Positions 1 to 13,213 of a DNA stretch of 64,000 nt are shown here, piece by piece; within the stretch, counting starts at the first letter, position 1, and each line of letters opens with the position of its first letter. The stretch is from Gemmatimonadales bacterium (GTDB lineage: Bacteria > Gemmatimonadota > Gemmatimonadetes > Gemmatimonadales > GWC2-71-9). Below the pieces are notes generated by a model. It saw only the letters and a list, made by a program, of their open reading frames with translations. It did not search any database and was not told the DNA's origin. The stretch spans positions 49,782 to 113,781 of the forward strand of contig JBFGJG010000008.1 in the NCBI GenBank assembly GCA_041577295.1. Direction: 5' to 3'. The position numbers and the translations under genes were made by a program.

Positions 1-2
1 TT

Positions 3-150
3 GCTGCATCGTTCCTGATGGCGGCGGTCCACGCCCAACCTCGTCAGCCCTCCCCCAGCGAGGGTTCCCGTGAGGCAAAGGGGGGCATACTCCCGGATCG
101 GCATCGAGTCACCTTTGGGTCGCTACAGAGCGCCGCCGTTGGGGGGCAGC
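3..150 (+). ncRNA. Candidate structured leader RNA, family unassigned
   Basis: 14-26 (CCTGATGGCGGCG) pairs with 131-143 (CGCCGCCGTTGGG) using three G-U pairs. 3-7 pairs with 146-150 and CAAAGG (76-81) pairs with CCTTTG (112-117). It ends about 30 nt before the ATG at 180. Confidence 0.45.
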
Positions 151-179
151 GTCTTGTGGCCTGACCAAAGAGGGTTGCG

Positions 180-844
180 ATGCCGAAGGACAAAGACTTC
201 AAGCGCCTCGTGCGCAGCCGCATGCAGAAGACGGGCGAGTCGTACACCACCGCCCGAGCCCAACTCCTCGAAAAGAAGAATCCCGTCCCGGCCATCTACC
301 TGGAGCTCACCGGCATGAGCGACACTGCCGTGCGTGCCAAGACCGGCAAGACGTGGAAGGAGTGGGTGCGGACGCTCGACGCCGTGGACGCGACCGCGAA
401 GTCGCATTCCGCTATCGCCGATTGGATCTATGAGAACCACGACGTCTCCGGATGGTGGGCCCAGATGGTGACGGTGGGATACGAACGAATTCGTGGGCTG
501 CGCGATGTCGGTCAGCGACGAGGTGGCAGCTACGAAGCGTCGAAGAGCAAGACGGTGGCCGCTCCCCCTCGCCCAGCTGTTTCGGGCATGGAGTGACAAG
601 CGCACTCGAGAAGCGGTGGCTCCCGGTCAAAGACCTCACCGTCCGCAAAGCCACCGAGAATAAATCGGTGCGGATCACGTGGAGCGACGGATCCTCCGTC
701 GAGTGCTGGTTCACCGCCAAGGACTCCGGAAAGAGTCAGGTAGCCGTGCAGCACCGGAAGCTGGCGAGCAAGGAGGCTGCCGCCGAGATGAAGGAGTTTT
801 GGGGCGAGCGGTTGGCGGCGCTGAAAGAGCAGTTAGAGAAATAG
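180..844 (+). pseudogene. DUF4287-like + SRPBCC-like protein interrupted by two +1 frameshifts (pseudogene or sequencing error)
   Basis: ORF 180-596 (KTGKTWKEW...VSGWWAQMVTVGYE) and the 3' part of ORF 452-844 (KRWLP...QHRKL...FWGERLAALK) join into one plausible protein (...VAAPLAQLFRAWSDKRTRKRWLP...) if one C is removed from the run at 564-568 and one base near 610. Confidence 0.6.
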
Positions 845-879
845 GACAGAAGTAGACTCTCACATTGGATCTAGCTCTC

Positions 880-1485
880 ATGACCCATCGGGCTCTTCTC
901 GCTTCCCGTTTCTCCTTCCCCTGTCCCCGGGCCAGTATGGTCTTGCTTATCGCACTGGTCGTCTCATGGACGAGCGTCGCATTCAGCCCTGTCGCGTTGT
1001 TCGCGCAGAGTGAGCGACTGGTGATCCTCGTGCGTCACGCGGAGGCAGCCGGTGAGCCGCGCAACGACCCAGCGCTCACGGAACGCGGGATCGCCCGCGC
1101 GGATGCCCTGGCGCGGGCGCTCGACCGCACGCAAATCGGTGCGGCGATCGTGAGCTCGCTGGCGAGAACACGACTCACCGCCGAAGCGGTCACCGGGCCG
1201 CGGGGCCTGACGCCGACGGTGGCCGATGTCTCCGGTGGGCTCGAGGAGCACGTGCAGGCAGTCACCGATGCCGTGCGAGCGCAGCCACGGGGAGAGACAG
1301 TGCTTGTCGTTGGACACAGCAACACCGTCCCCATGATCATCGCGGCGCTCGGCGGCCCCCAGCTACCGGATCTCTGTCACTGGCAGTTTTCCCGTCTGTT
1401 CGTGCTCGAGATGCGCGAGGACGGCCCAGCGAATCTCGTCGTGGGATCGTACGGCGAGGAGGATGAGGAAGGAGGAGAATGCTAG
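880..1485 (+). CDS. Histidine phosphatase (phosphoglycerate mutase/SixA-like), probably exported
   Basis: VILVRHAE motif, LARTRLTA, VLVVGHSNT and a hydrophobic N-terminal signal-like segment. Start uncertain (865/880/937). Confidence 0.8.
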   Translation: MTHRALLASRFSFPCPRASMVLLIALVVSWTSVAFSPVALFAQSERLVILVRHAEAAGEPRNDPALTERGIARADALARALDRTQIGAAIVSSLARTRLTAEAVTGPRGLTPTVADVSGGLEEHVQAVTDAVRAQPRGETVLVVGHSNTVPMIIAALGGPQLPDLCHWQFSRLFVLEMREDGPANLVVGSYGEEDEEGGEC

Positions 1486-1515
1486 ATAGGTCAGGCCGTT
1501 TGAACGATGGACCTT

Positions 1516-2721
1516 TCAACCTTCCGTCTTTCCAACCACCGCCGCCACCGTCATGTCCGCGGTCACGTTCGCCGTCGTAATAAACATGTCTGGGATCAAA
1601 TCGAGCGCGATCAGCAGTCCGATCCCTTCAACGGGTAGCTGGAACGCCATGTAGATGGGGGTCATGATGAACAACCCGCCGCTCGGAACCCCCGGCGAGT
1701 AAAAGCTCAGTAGCGCGATGGCGCCGGAGATGGCGGCGATCTCGAAAATGCTGAGATCGATACCGTAGAGCTGCGCGACGAACAGCGTCCCCGTAATCCG
1801 GGCGACGGGCGACGCGTACTTGAAGACCGACACCGCCACAGGTAGCGCCACACCTGTGACCTGCGGGGGCAGAGCCAATTCGCGTTCGGCAGCATCGAGC
1901 ATGGCCGGAAGCGACGCGAGCGACGAGCGCGTGCTGAAGCCCACCGCCTGCGCCGGGGCACACGCCCGCACGAATTTGCTCAGCGGGATTCCACCCACGA
2001 ATACGGCAATCGGATAGAGGGCAATCAGCGAAACCATCACTAACACGCACGCGACCAGCAGGAAGTGCCCCACCGCACCGACGAGGTCTATGCCTGTGCG
2101 CGCGGCGAGCGGAAGCACGAGACAGAACACGCCGATTGGTGCGACCGCGAGAATCCACTTCACAATGACGAACATCGCATGCGCCATCGCATCGAAGAAA
2201 CCCACGAGTGGCTCCCGACGACTCGGTTCGAGCCGTGTCACCGCGAGCGCCACGATGGCGGTGAACACAATGAGGGGCAGCATGGCACCCTCGGCGGCAG
2301 CCCGCACCGGGTTCGCAGGAATGAAATCCACGATCCAGTCGCGGAACGGTGGTAGCTGCACTTGCCCACCCGTCGAGCCCAGTGGAGCGATGGCCGAGGT
2401 ATCGAACTGCGCAAGTGCAAGGAGTGGTGGAGCGACCACTGCCGCGAGTATTGCCCCCGCCAGCACCAGGCCGACGAACCACACGAGGGCGCGACCACCG
2501 ATCTTCCCAACCGTACGGGCATTGCTCGACGCCACTCCCGTGATCAACAGCGACACGACCAGCGGGATCACTGTCATGCGGATGGCGTTCACCCATAGGG
2601 TGCCAAGCGGTTCGGCCACCGCTACGACACCGAGCAACGCCGGATGCTCGACCAGCGAGATGCCTACGCCAAAGGCAAGGCCGGCGAGCAAGCCGATGAG
2701 GACCCACGCCGTGAGGGACAT
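1516..2721 (-). CDS. Dicarboxylate/amino acid:cation symporter (DAACS)
   Basis: Multi-TM protein with AIRMTVIPLV, FIPANPV, FSTRSSLASLP and DMFITTANVTAD motifs. Confidence 0.9.
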   Translation of the reverse strand: MSLTAWVLIGLLAGLAFGVGISLVEHPALLGVVAVAEPLGTLWVNAIRMTVIPLVVSLLITGVASSNARTVGKIGGRALVWFVGLVLAGAILAAVVAPPLLALAQFDTSAIAPLGSTGGQVQLPPFRDWIVDFIPANPVRAAAEGAMLPLIVFTAIVALAVTRLEPSRREPLVGFFDAMAHAMFVIVKWILAVAPIGVFCLVLPLAARTGIDLVGAVGHFLLVACVLVMVSLIALYPIAVFVGGIPLSKFVRACAPAQAVGFSTRSSLASLPAMLDAAERELALPPQVTGVALPVAVSVFKYASPVARITGTLFVAQLYGIDLSIFEIAAISGAIALLSFYSPGVPSGGLFIMTPIYMAFQLPVEGIGLLIALDLIPDMFITTANVTADMTVAAVVGKTEG

Positions 2722-2772
2722 ATGGAGGGTGGAACGTACGATTGAAACGTCGGATACGCGATCCGGTCGCTC

Positions 2773-5724
2773 CTATCCGCCCGCGATCAACCGCTCAAAG
2801 CGCGGATGACCTTTGAGAAACGCGTAGGTGGGATCGATCCGGAGCCAGCCCGGCGACACGAAGTACGGCACCGCCAATAACACCTCGAGTTGATCGAGTG
2901 TCTTTTCCTTGTCTCCCAAAATGGCGTACACCCGGGCCAGTTCATAACGGTTGTATGGGCCGGAGTAGGCGTCCTTCTCGATCGGAAGCAGCTCAACGGA
3001 CCGTTCGCCCGCGCGAATCGCCTCGCCGCGCCGGCCAGCGTACGCCAGCGCGACGCTGTTGAGGGCGAGGAGGTAGTTGTCGTCCGGAAGGTCCCTCAGC
3101 TGCTCCTCGTAGACGTACTGCGCTGAGTCCCCGTAGGCGCGGGCGCGAGTGGTGTCACCGCGAAGCCAGTGGGTCGCGGCGAGGGCGAGAGCCCAGGCAC
3201 CACGATCGTCGTCGAATGCTCCCGGTGCCAATCGAAGGAGCAGGCGCTGCTGCTCGTCGTCGAGCAACCAAAACGTATCCCATGCGCTCGCCACATGCGA
3301 TACGAGTCGGGTGGGTTCGATGTCTCGCGGCGCCCCACGGAGCACGGTGCGCCCCGCATTGAGATCGCCCTGCGCCAAGTATATCATCGCCTTGGTGTGT
3401 AGCATTGACACACTCGTCGGTGCAATTGCCAGTGCCTGGTCGACCGCCCTCAACGCTTCTTGATACCGGCGTAGCCAGAGCAATGCGTTGCCAAGGGCAC
3501 CGTGTGCATTGCTCGAACGAGGATCGAGCGTTTGCGCGCGTCGTAACAATCCAATCGCCGAATCCCACCGACCCAGATTCCGTTCCGTATGGGCGCTCCC
3601 AACCAGCAGGTCGATGTGATTGGGCGCGACGCGAAGACCCTCCTCGTAGTACCCCCGCGCTCGCGAGTGGTCGAACAGGACATCCAGGTGGTAGCTGGCG
3701 AGAGCCAGGTAGCTCTCTGGCGCGCCAGGCGCGAGCGCGCGGGCGCGTTCGGCCGCCCGTCGCGCCGCCTCGGCCGCCTCGCGCGTCGGCGTCGTGAAGT
3801 ACAAAACCGTGTGCACTTGCGATAGCCGGGCCCAGGCGAGCGAAAACGTGGAGTCGAGCGCGACGGCCTGCTCGTAATGGTTAATTGCGCGGCGAAGGTC
3901 TGTCTGACCCGAAGACTGGCGTGCCTCCTCACCCTTCAGGTAGGCATCGTATGCCGCGAGGTTGTCCGTGGGCCGTGCCGTCAATGCGCGCCGCTCGGTT
4001 GCGCCAAGGGCAACGTTGAGCGCACCGACCACGCGGAGCGCAATGTCCGCCTGCACTTGGAACACATCCGTGAGCGACGCGTCGAACGCCTGATGCCACG
4101 TTGCCGATCCGGTCCGTACGTCGATCAACTCCGGCACCACCTGTACCCGCCGCGTTCCATCCCCGGTTGTCACGGTACTCACCGTCGCGCTCAGCAGATA
4201 ATTGACGCCGAGCTCCCGGCCGATCTGTGTCAGCGGCTTGCTGACCCCACGGTACTGGTCCGAACTGGCCCTCGCTGTGACCTGAAAGCCTGCGAGGGCG
4301 GTGAGCTTGCCGCGCACATGGTCCGCGATACCGTCTGCGAAATACGCGTCGTCCGGCGCGCCTCGATTCTCAAACGGCAGGACCGCGAGGCGCACCACCT
4401 CACCTGCCACGCCCGGCTCGGTGGATGAGGGCCCTCGTACGGCCAACACAGTGGCCACCGACGCCCAGAACGCCAGCGCCACTACCCCACCCCCGATGGC
4501 GTTCCGCCAGGTGAACAACCGCTTGAGCCCGCGTACTTCCCGTCCCGCCAGCCGCCGCGCCTCCACGCGCCGCGTCACCAACATGATGGGCGCCCCAATC
4601 GCGGCCAACCCGACAGCCAGCACAAAGACCCATGGTGGCAATCCCACCTGCTGCATCACGCCGTACAGCACCGCCAACACTCCCGCTGCCGCCACCCCAA
4701 ACACCGCCGCCACCCGCGAGGCCCCAGGACCTACTACCGCCGCCGTCGTCGCCCCACTGCGCACCACATTCAATGCGCCATCCAACGCCGCTGCTAGCTC
4801 CGCCGCCGTCTGATAGCGATCAGCCGGGCTCTTCGCCAACGCCCTCGCCACGACCCGCTCTACCGCTTCCGCCAACCCCGCCCGCGACACCCGCAACGGA
4901 CGAACATCCTCCGTCAAGCTCCGCGCCAGGATCGCCTGCGGGGTCGGCCCGGTGAACGGTGGCTCCCCAGCGAGCATCTCATACAACACCCCACCCACTG
5001 CGTACACATCCGCCCGCGCATCCACTTCCCGCGCGCCTGAGGCCTGCTCAGGGCTCATGTACTGCGGCGTTCCCACGGCCAGCCCCGTCTGTGTCAGCAC
5101 CTTGGATCCGCCAACAGCTCGGGCAATGCCGAAGTCCATTACGAGCGCATGCCCCGCACTCAGCAGGACGTTGCCGGGTTTGATGTCACGATGGATGATC
5201 CCGCGCTCGTGTGCGTACGCCAACGCCTCGGCGATCTCGCGTGCCAACCGCACTGCCTCTTCCACCGGCAGCTGGTGGTCCCGGCCCAACCGCTCACGGA
5301 GTGATTCACCATCGACGTGCGGCATCACATAGAACAACACCCCCGCCTCTTCCCCTGAGTCGTGGACCGGCAGGATGTGCGGATGGCTCAACTGCGCCGC
5401 GATGTCGATCTCGCGGAGAAACCGCTCTGCCCCCACCGTGGCCGCGAGATCCGGCCGCATCACCTTGACCGCCACCCGCCGGTGATGCTTCACATCCTCT
5501 GCCAAGTACACCGTCGCCATCCCCCCCTCCCCCAACACCCGCTCGATGCGATACCGCGCCGCCAGTGCCTCACTTACTCGGGCCACTTCAACAACCCCGG
5601 TCGCCGCGGTGCGCGGCGGTGCTTCCGGATCTGATGGCGTCGCCACACCGCAGTGCATACAAAAATGCGCCTGGTCTGGCAGCGGCGTCTGGCATGCCGG
5701 ACAGGCGCGGGCGGCAGTGGTCAT
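2773..5724 (-). CDS. Ser/Thr kinase 1: Zn-ribbon, kinase, 3 TM, TolB-like domain, TPR
   Basis: CPAC..CMHC; GEGGMATVY, VAVK, HRDIKPGN, DFG, GTPQYMSPE; LAVLPFEN..YFADGI; TPR-like repeats. Confidence 0.92.
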   Translation of the reverse strand: MTTAARACPACQTPLPDQAHFCMHCGVATPSDPEAPPRTAATGVVEVARVSEALAARYRIERVLGEGGMATVYLAEDVKHHRRVAVKVMRPDLAATVGAERFLREIDIAAQLSHPHILPVHDSGEEAGVLFYVMPHVDGESLRERLGRDHQLPVEEAVRLAREIAEALAYAHERGIIHRDIKPGNVLLSAGHALVMDFGIARAVGGSKVLTQTGLAVGTPQYMSPEQASGAREVDARADVYAVGGVLYEMLAGEPPFTGPTPQAILARSLTEDVRPLRVSRAGLAEAVERVVARALAKSPADRYQTAAELAAALDGALNVVRSGATTAAVVGPGASRVAAVFGVAAAGVLAVLYGVMQQVGLPPWVFVLAVGLAAIGAPIMLVTRRVEARRLAGREVRGLKRLFTWRNAIGGGVVALAFWASVATVLAVRGPSSTEPGVAGEVVRLAVLPFENRGAPDDAYFADGIADHVRGKLTALAGFQVTARASSDQYRGVSKPLTQIGRELGVNYLLSATVSTVTTGDGTRRVQVVPELIDVRTGSATWHQAFDASLTDVFQVQADIALRVVGALNVALGATERRALTARPTDNLAAYDAYLKGEEARQSSGQTDLRRAINHYEQAVALDSTFSLAWARLSQVHTVLYFTTPTREAAEAARRAAERARALAPGAPESYLALASYHLDVLFDHSRARGYYEEGLRVAPNHIDLLVGSAHTERNLGRWDSAIGLLRRAQTLDPRSSNAHGALGNALLWLRRYQEALRAVDQALAIAPTSVSMLHTKAMIYLAQGDLNAGRTVLRGAPRDIEPTRLVSHVASAWDTFWLLDDEQQRLLLRLAPGAFDDDRGAWALALAATHWLRGDTTRARAYGDSAQYVYEEQLRDLPDDNYLLALNSVALAYAGRRGEAIRAGERSVELLPIEKDAYSGPYNRYELARVYAILGDKEKTLDQLEVLLAVPYFVSPGWLRIDPTYAFLKGHPRFERLIAGG

Positions 5725-5835
5725 ACCACCTCGACTACCTGAAAGGGAAACAGCTACATCAGGGTGGGGCTGGCAGAAATCTCCTGCGCTCCAAGTTCCG
5801 GCGCAAGATCCTGCGGGCGACGTCGTGGGCTCGGC

Positions 5836-8784
<2,949 letters not shown>

Positions 8785-8858
8785 GGAGCCTCGAGATGTG
8801 AGGGGAGTGGCGGTGTGCCTTAAGTATCGGCCTGACCGGGGCCAGTGGCAAGGACGAT

Positions 8859-8953
8859 GGAAGGACTGAAAGTTAGAAGGATGGAAAGAGTGAAGGACTG
8901 TAGGAAGATTCCTCCAGTCCTTCCAACCTTCCCGCTCTTCCAACTTTCCATCC
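8859..8953. repeat. Degenerate 8-mer tandem tracts in inverted arrangement
   Basis: GGAAGGAC TGAAAGTT AGAAGGAT GGAAAGAG TGAAGGAC, followed by complementary CCTCCAGT CCTTCCAA CCTTCCCG... running up to the permease stop codon. Confidence 0.75.
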
Positions 8954-11374
8954 TTATTCGTATTTCAACGCGATGACCGGATCTACCCTCGTTGCGCGTT
9001 GCGCCGGAATGAACGAAGCAAGCAGCCCGGTAACCGACAGCACGACGATGATCAGGAGGAATGTTAGTGGATCCAGCGGCTCGACACCAAACAGCAATAC
9101 GCCCATTCCGCGGGAGAGGAAGATCGCAAGGGCAAGACCGAGCACCAATCCAACGCCCAACTGCACGACCCCCTGACGCACGATCAGACGCAACACATCC
9201 GGTCCCTGTGCACCAAGCGCCATGCGCACACCCATTTCCTTGGTGCGCTGCTCGACCGAGAAGGCCATGACGCCGTACAGCCCCACCGACGCGAGGAAAA
9301 GCGCCACGCCACCAAAGATCACGAAGATCGTGCCAAAGACTCTAATGAACCATGAGCCCTGGCGAATGGACTCGGTAAGCGTGTCGATGAAGTAGATCGG
9401 CATATTGTCATCGATCGACGCCACGATGTCACGGACCTCAGGCGTGATAGCCAGGGGGTCTCCCGTGGCGTGAACGGCGATACCCACCCATTCGTCGGCG
9501 TTCTGATGAAACGGGACGTAAATGCCGGCGGGCTCCTCATTTTCCGGTCCGTCGAGATACATGTCGGGCGCCACACCGACGATCGTGAGCCACGGTCGTT
9601 CCGAGCGCGAGTCCCCCAAACGAATCCGGCGCCCGAGCGCGCTTTCACCTGGAAAGTATGTCTCGACGAAGCTCTGGTTCGCGATCGCGACCGGTAATGC
9701 ATCGGCGTTGTCCTGGCGCGTGAACTCCCGACCCTCCCGCAGCGTCACTGCAAACGTGCTGAAGTAACCGGGCGTCACCGGCACCCACCGGGTCTCCGGA
9801 TAGTCCTGATCTCGATCGTACGTCGCACCCTCCACCGCAAAGCGGGACCCCAAGCTCCCAAGCCCCGGGAACGTGCGCGCGAGGGTGACGTTCCCGGCGC
9901 CGTATCGTGACTCCAATCGCGGTTGCAGCTCGTCATAGAACTGAGTTTGGCTCAGGGAGTCTGGATAGTCCGCAACCGGAAGTCCGAGCCGCGCGGTGAA
10001 AATGCTCTCCGTGCGAAACCCGAAGTCGATGTTGCCCGCGTTGACGACGCTCTTGATCATGAGGCCAGCGGAGACCAACAGGCCAAACGACAAAGCAAGC
10101 TCCACGACCACGAGGCCCTTGCTCAGTTTGCCAATGCGTAAGCTCGAGGAGCCACGGCTTTCGTCCTTCAGCACATCGTGCACGTTGGCGCCGGACGCCT
10201 TGAGCGCGGGAACGATCCCCGCGACAACGCTCGACACGACCACCAGACCGAGCACAAACACCACCGCGGCGAAGTCGATCTTGATGTCGATCCAGAACGG
10301 CGGATCCTGATCGACAATGGCCCAGTTGAACAGCTCGACCCCCACCCAACCGAGCCCCAGGCCCAGGATGCCACCCACTATTGCAATCGCAAACGATTCG
10401 GCAAGAAGTCCCATCACCACTCGGCCACGGCTCGCACCCAGCGCCGTGCGGATCGCAACCTCCTTCGTTCGCACCGCGGCGCGAGACAGCAGCAGGTTGG
10501 CCACGTTGGCACACGCGATGAGCAGCACGAGGAACACGGCGAGCAACATGAAGTGGAGGACCTGCTCGGGCTCCTCACCCATGAACTCCTTGGTGTACGG
10601 CTTGATGATCACACCGATGCCCTCATTGGTCTCGGGATACTCGAGTCCGAGCCGCTGCGCAATCGCGTTGAACTCTGCGTGCGCCTGCTCGATGGTGACG
10701 TTGTCGCGAATCCTGCCGAACACCTCTAGCGTGATCCCCTCCCCTCGCTCGATCTCTAACGGGTTCAAGCGAAGAGGGGTCCACAGGTGGTTGTCGATCG
10801 GGAACTCGAACCCTTCTGGCATGACGCCAACGACGGTCATCGTCTCGCCGTTCAACCGGACGGTGCGGCCGATCACGTCCTTGGCCCCGCCGTACCGATC
10901 GCGCCACACGTTATACCCGAGCAAGATCACGGGCTCTGCGCTGGGACTGTCCTCACCCTGCTGAAAGCCGCGCCCCAGCAAGGGCTGGACACCGAGGATA
11001 TTCAGAAAGTTTGCGCTGATGAACGTGCCGGTGTACCGCTCCGGCCTGTCTTCCGAGCCAGCGAGATAGGACGACCGCATGTAAAAAGCGGCGATGTCCT
11101 CAAACGACTTCTGCTGCGCTCGCCAGTCCAAAAAGTCGTGGATGGACACTTCCATCGACTCGATGCCCTCAGACAGGTTGCTGCGTTCGAGGTGCAACAG
11201 CTCTCGGGGCTCTTCGAACGGCAAGCCACGGTACAGCGCGCCGTAGACGATGCTGAACATCGTGGTGGTGAGCCCGATCCCCAGGGTGAACGCGAGGACC
11301 GAGATCAGCGCTATCCCCGGGTTCTTGATGAGCATCCGCCCGCCGTACCGAATGTCTTTGAGGAGCTTTTCCAT
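8954..11374 (-). CDS. Duplicated orphan ABC permease (MacB-PCD/FtsX x2, ADOP-like)
   Basis: DIRYGGRMLIKNPG, LLIACANVANLLLSR..RTKEVAIRTALGA, second copy GLYGVMAFSVEQRTKEMGVRMALGA, C-terminal RATRVDPVIALKYE. No adjacent ATPase gene. Start at ATG 11374. Confidence 0.9.
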   Translation of the reverse strand: MEKLLKDIRYGGRMLIKNPGIALISVLAFTLGIGLTTTMFSIVYGALYRGLPFEEPRELLHLERSNLSEGIESMEVSIHDFLDWRAQQKSFEDIAAFYMRSSYLAGSEDRPERYTGTFISANFLNILGVQPLLGRGFQQGEDSPSAEPVILLGYNVWRDRYGGAKDVIGRTVRLNGETMTVVGVMPEGFEFPIDNHLWTPLRLNPLEIERGEGITLEVFGRIRDNVTIEQAHAEFNAIAQRLGLEYPETNEGIGVIIKPYTKEFMGEEPEQVLHFMLLAVFLVLLIACANVANLLLSRAAVRTKEVAIRTALGASRGRVVMGLLAESFAIAIVGGILGLGLGWVGVELFNWAIVDQDPPFWIDIKIDFAAVVFVLGLVVVSSVVAGIVPALKASGANVHDVLKDESRGSSSLRIGKLSKGLVVVELALSFGLLVSAGLMIKSVVNAGNIDFGFRTESIFTARLGLPVADYPDSLSQTQFYDELQPRLESRYGAGNVTLARTFPGLGSLGSRFAVEGATYDRDQDYPETRWVPVTPGYFSTFAVTLREGREFTRQDNADALPVAIANQSFVETYFPGESALGRRIRLGDSRSERPWLTIVGVAPDMYLDGPENEEPAGIYVPFHQNADEWVGIAVHATGDPLAITPEVRDIVASIDDNMPIYFIDTLTESIRQGSWFIRVFGTIFVIFGGVALFLASVGLYGVMAFSVEQRTKEMGVRMALGAQGPDVLRLIVRQGVVQLGVGLVLGLALAIFLSRGMGVLLFGVEPLDPLTFLLIIVVLSVTGLLASFIPAQRATRVDPVIALKYE

Positions 11375-11493
11375 AGAGCCGCAGTCGCCAAGGTTGGGGT
11401 GCCGGCCAGCACAAGGCTCAGAGGACGCCCAGAGCCGGGGGTGCAAGCTACCGGGATACTACGAGATCCTGAAAGGGGAGGTTTCATCATGGG

Positions 11494-11574
11494 GGCGGAC
11501 AGACGGACTCGCGGACGGGCGAAAGGAATCAATCCGACAGACCTTCAATCGGTCCGTCCTACCATCCTTCCGGC
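11494..11574. repeat. Degenerate 8-mer inverted tracts overlapping the MATE stop codon
   Basis: GGCGGACA GACGGACT CGCGGACG ... GGTCCGTC CTACCATC CTTCCGGC. Confidence 0.55.
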
Positions 11575-13007
11575 TCGCTCCTGACCGCCTCTACCGTCCG
11601 CCTCGGCTCAATCTCCACCGTGATCTCCTTCCACTTGCCCTGACGGAAGCGGAGGACGCTCAGCGTGCACCGTGTGAAGTGACCCAGCAAGATGGCTAAC
11701 CAGATGTCGACGGGATTGAGACCCCGGGTTGCCTGGAGCACGGCGCACATGCCGAGTGGCACGACGATCTGGGAGATGACGGAGATGTAGAAAGGTCCCT
11801 TGGTGTCGCCGGTTCCCTGAAGACCACCGGTGTAGACCAAGGCCACGCTGATGAACAAACCGGAAATGCTCAAGAACGCGAGTAGCTGCTTCCCGATGTC
11901 AACCACCACCGGGTCTTCCATCCCAAACAGCCCGAGCAGTTGACGGGGCAGAATCAAGAACAGCAGCCCGACGAACACGGCTACCCCTATTCCGATGCGA
12001 GTGGCAGCTGCAACGGCGCCTTCGCTCCGCTCGGGCCTACGGGCGCCGAGGTTCTGTCCGGCGACGGCGGCGGTGGCAGACATGAGCCCAACCGAGGTCC
12101 ACGTAATAAAGGAAAAGAGTTCGGTGTACCCCACCGCGTACGCGGCCTGCGCTTCGGCGCTGCGGTCGAGTGAGCCAACGAAGCGGAGCAGGAGTACACC
12201 GGCGACGTTCATCGCCACCCCCTGGTATCCCGTTGGCAATCCAAACCGAAACAGTGCGCGAATGATTCCAAAATCGGGTCGCCAGCTCATCGTGCGGTGC
12301 CACACGACCACGAGCTTGTCGGTGAACAGCAAGTAGATGGCGATGAGCGACACGATCGCGCCCGCGATAACCGTACCGAGGGCCGCCCCCGCGGTCCCAA
12401 ATGCCGGGATCGGCCCCAGGCCGCGGATCAAGATGACGTTGAGGATGATGTTGAGGACGGTGAGGAGGATCGAAAGACGCAGTGGTGTTCGGGCGTCCCC
12501 CGCCGATCGCAGTGCGCCACCAAGCAGGAAAAACATCAACATGCCAAAGCTGGCGACGAACATGATACGGAGATATGGCAGAGCCTCCGCCTGCACTTCC
12601 GGCGTGGCGTTGACCAGGTCGAGCAGTGAAGGCGAGAGCACCCATCCGATCGGTGCCATAATGCCGAGCGAGAGTCCAAGCGAGGCGAGAAACGCCTGAT
12701 ATACGGTCCGATTGACCTTGTCGCTGTCGTCCGCACCGGCGAAACGGGCCACGAGCACACCCATCCCGGTGTACAGCGACATAATGAACACGATAACGAC
12801 GAGGAAGATCTGCCAGGCGACACCGATCGCGGCATTCCCAGTGAAGCCCACGTAGTGACCGACCATGGCGTGATCGACGATCCCCTGCGCACCGCCTATC
12901 ACGTTTTGCAACATGGTGGGCCAGGCAAGCTTCCATACTGCCCGGGGGATCGGGCCCTCGACGATCGAGCGATCGAAGGATTTGGCTGGTCGGGGGGGCC
13001 CGGACAT
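11559..13007 (-). CDS. MATE family efflux transporter
   Basis: EGPIPRAVWKLAWP, LRSAGDARTP, NIILNVILIRG, GQNLGA, LQGTGDT; about 12 TM segments. Confidence 0.92.
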   Translation of the reverse strand: MSGPPRPAKSFDRSIVEGPIPRAVWKLAWPTMLQNVIGGAQGIVDHAMVGHYVGFTGNAAIGVAWQIFLVVIVFIMSLYTGMGVLVARFAGADDSDKVNRTVYQAFLASLGLSLGIMAPIGWVLSPSLLDLVNATPEVQAEALPYLRIMFVASFGMLMFFLLGGALRSAGDARTPLRLSILLTVLNIILNVILIRGLGPIPAFGTAGAALGTVIAGAIVSLIAIYLLFTDKLVVVWHRTMSWRPDFGIIRALFRFGLPTGYQGVAMNVAGVLLLRFVGSLDRSAEAQAAYAVGYTELFSFITWTSVGLMSATAAVAGQNLGARRPERSEGAVAAATRIGIGVAVFVGLLFLILPRQLLGLFGMEDPVVVDIGKQLLAFLSISGLFISVALVYTGGLQGTGDTKGPFYISVISQIVVPLGMCAVLQATRGLNPVDIWLAILLGHFTRCTLSVLRFRQGKWKEITVEIEPRRTVEAVRSEPEGW

Positions 13008-13059
13008 GCCCGTGGAGGATCGCCAGGCCTGGCGATTTCAGCAAGGCGGCGAGGGGACA

Positions 13060-13187
13060 AGCAGGGAGCTGGTGTGACGGGCGGGTCCCGGGGCGGGCGT
13101 CAGTGAGCGGTCGTCCGGCTCAGATGCCAACGTGCCGAGCGAACTTTAGCCCGTGAAGGGACGTGCCCGTCACACCAGCTCCCTGCT
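13060..13187 (-). repeat. Long-hairpin dispersed element, copy 1 (structured RNA or MITE/REP-like)
   Basis: Perfect 23-bp inverted repeat 13060-13082/13165-13187; homologous to 14391-14507. Confidence 0.8.
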
Positions 13188-13213
13188 GCTTACTGCTTAC
13201 TGCTCACCGCTTC

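Noticed and set aside
8785..8943. Long N-terminal extensions given by the ORF track for kinase 2 (also kinases 7 and 8, moxR and lemA)
   Set aside because: They translate intergenic repeat tracts or overlap neighbouring genes. Downstream starts fit paralogs and RBS positions better.
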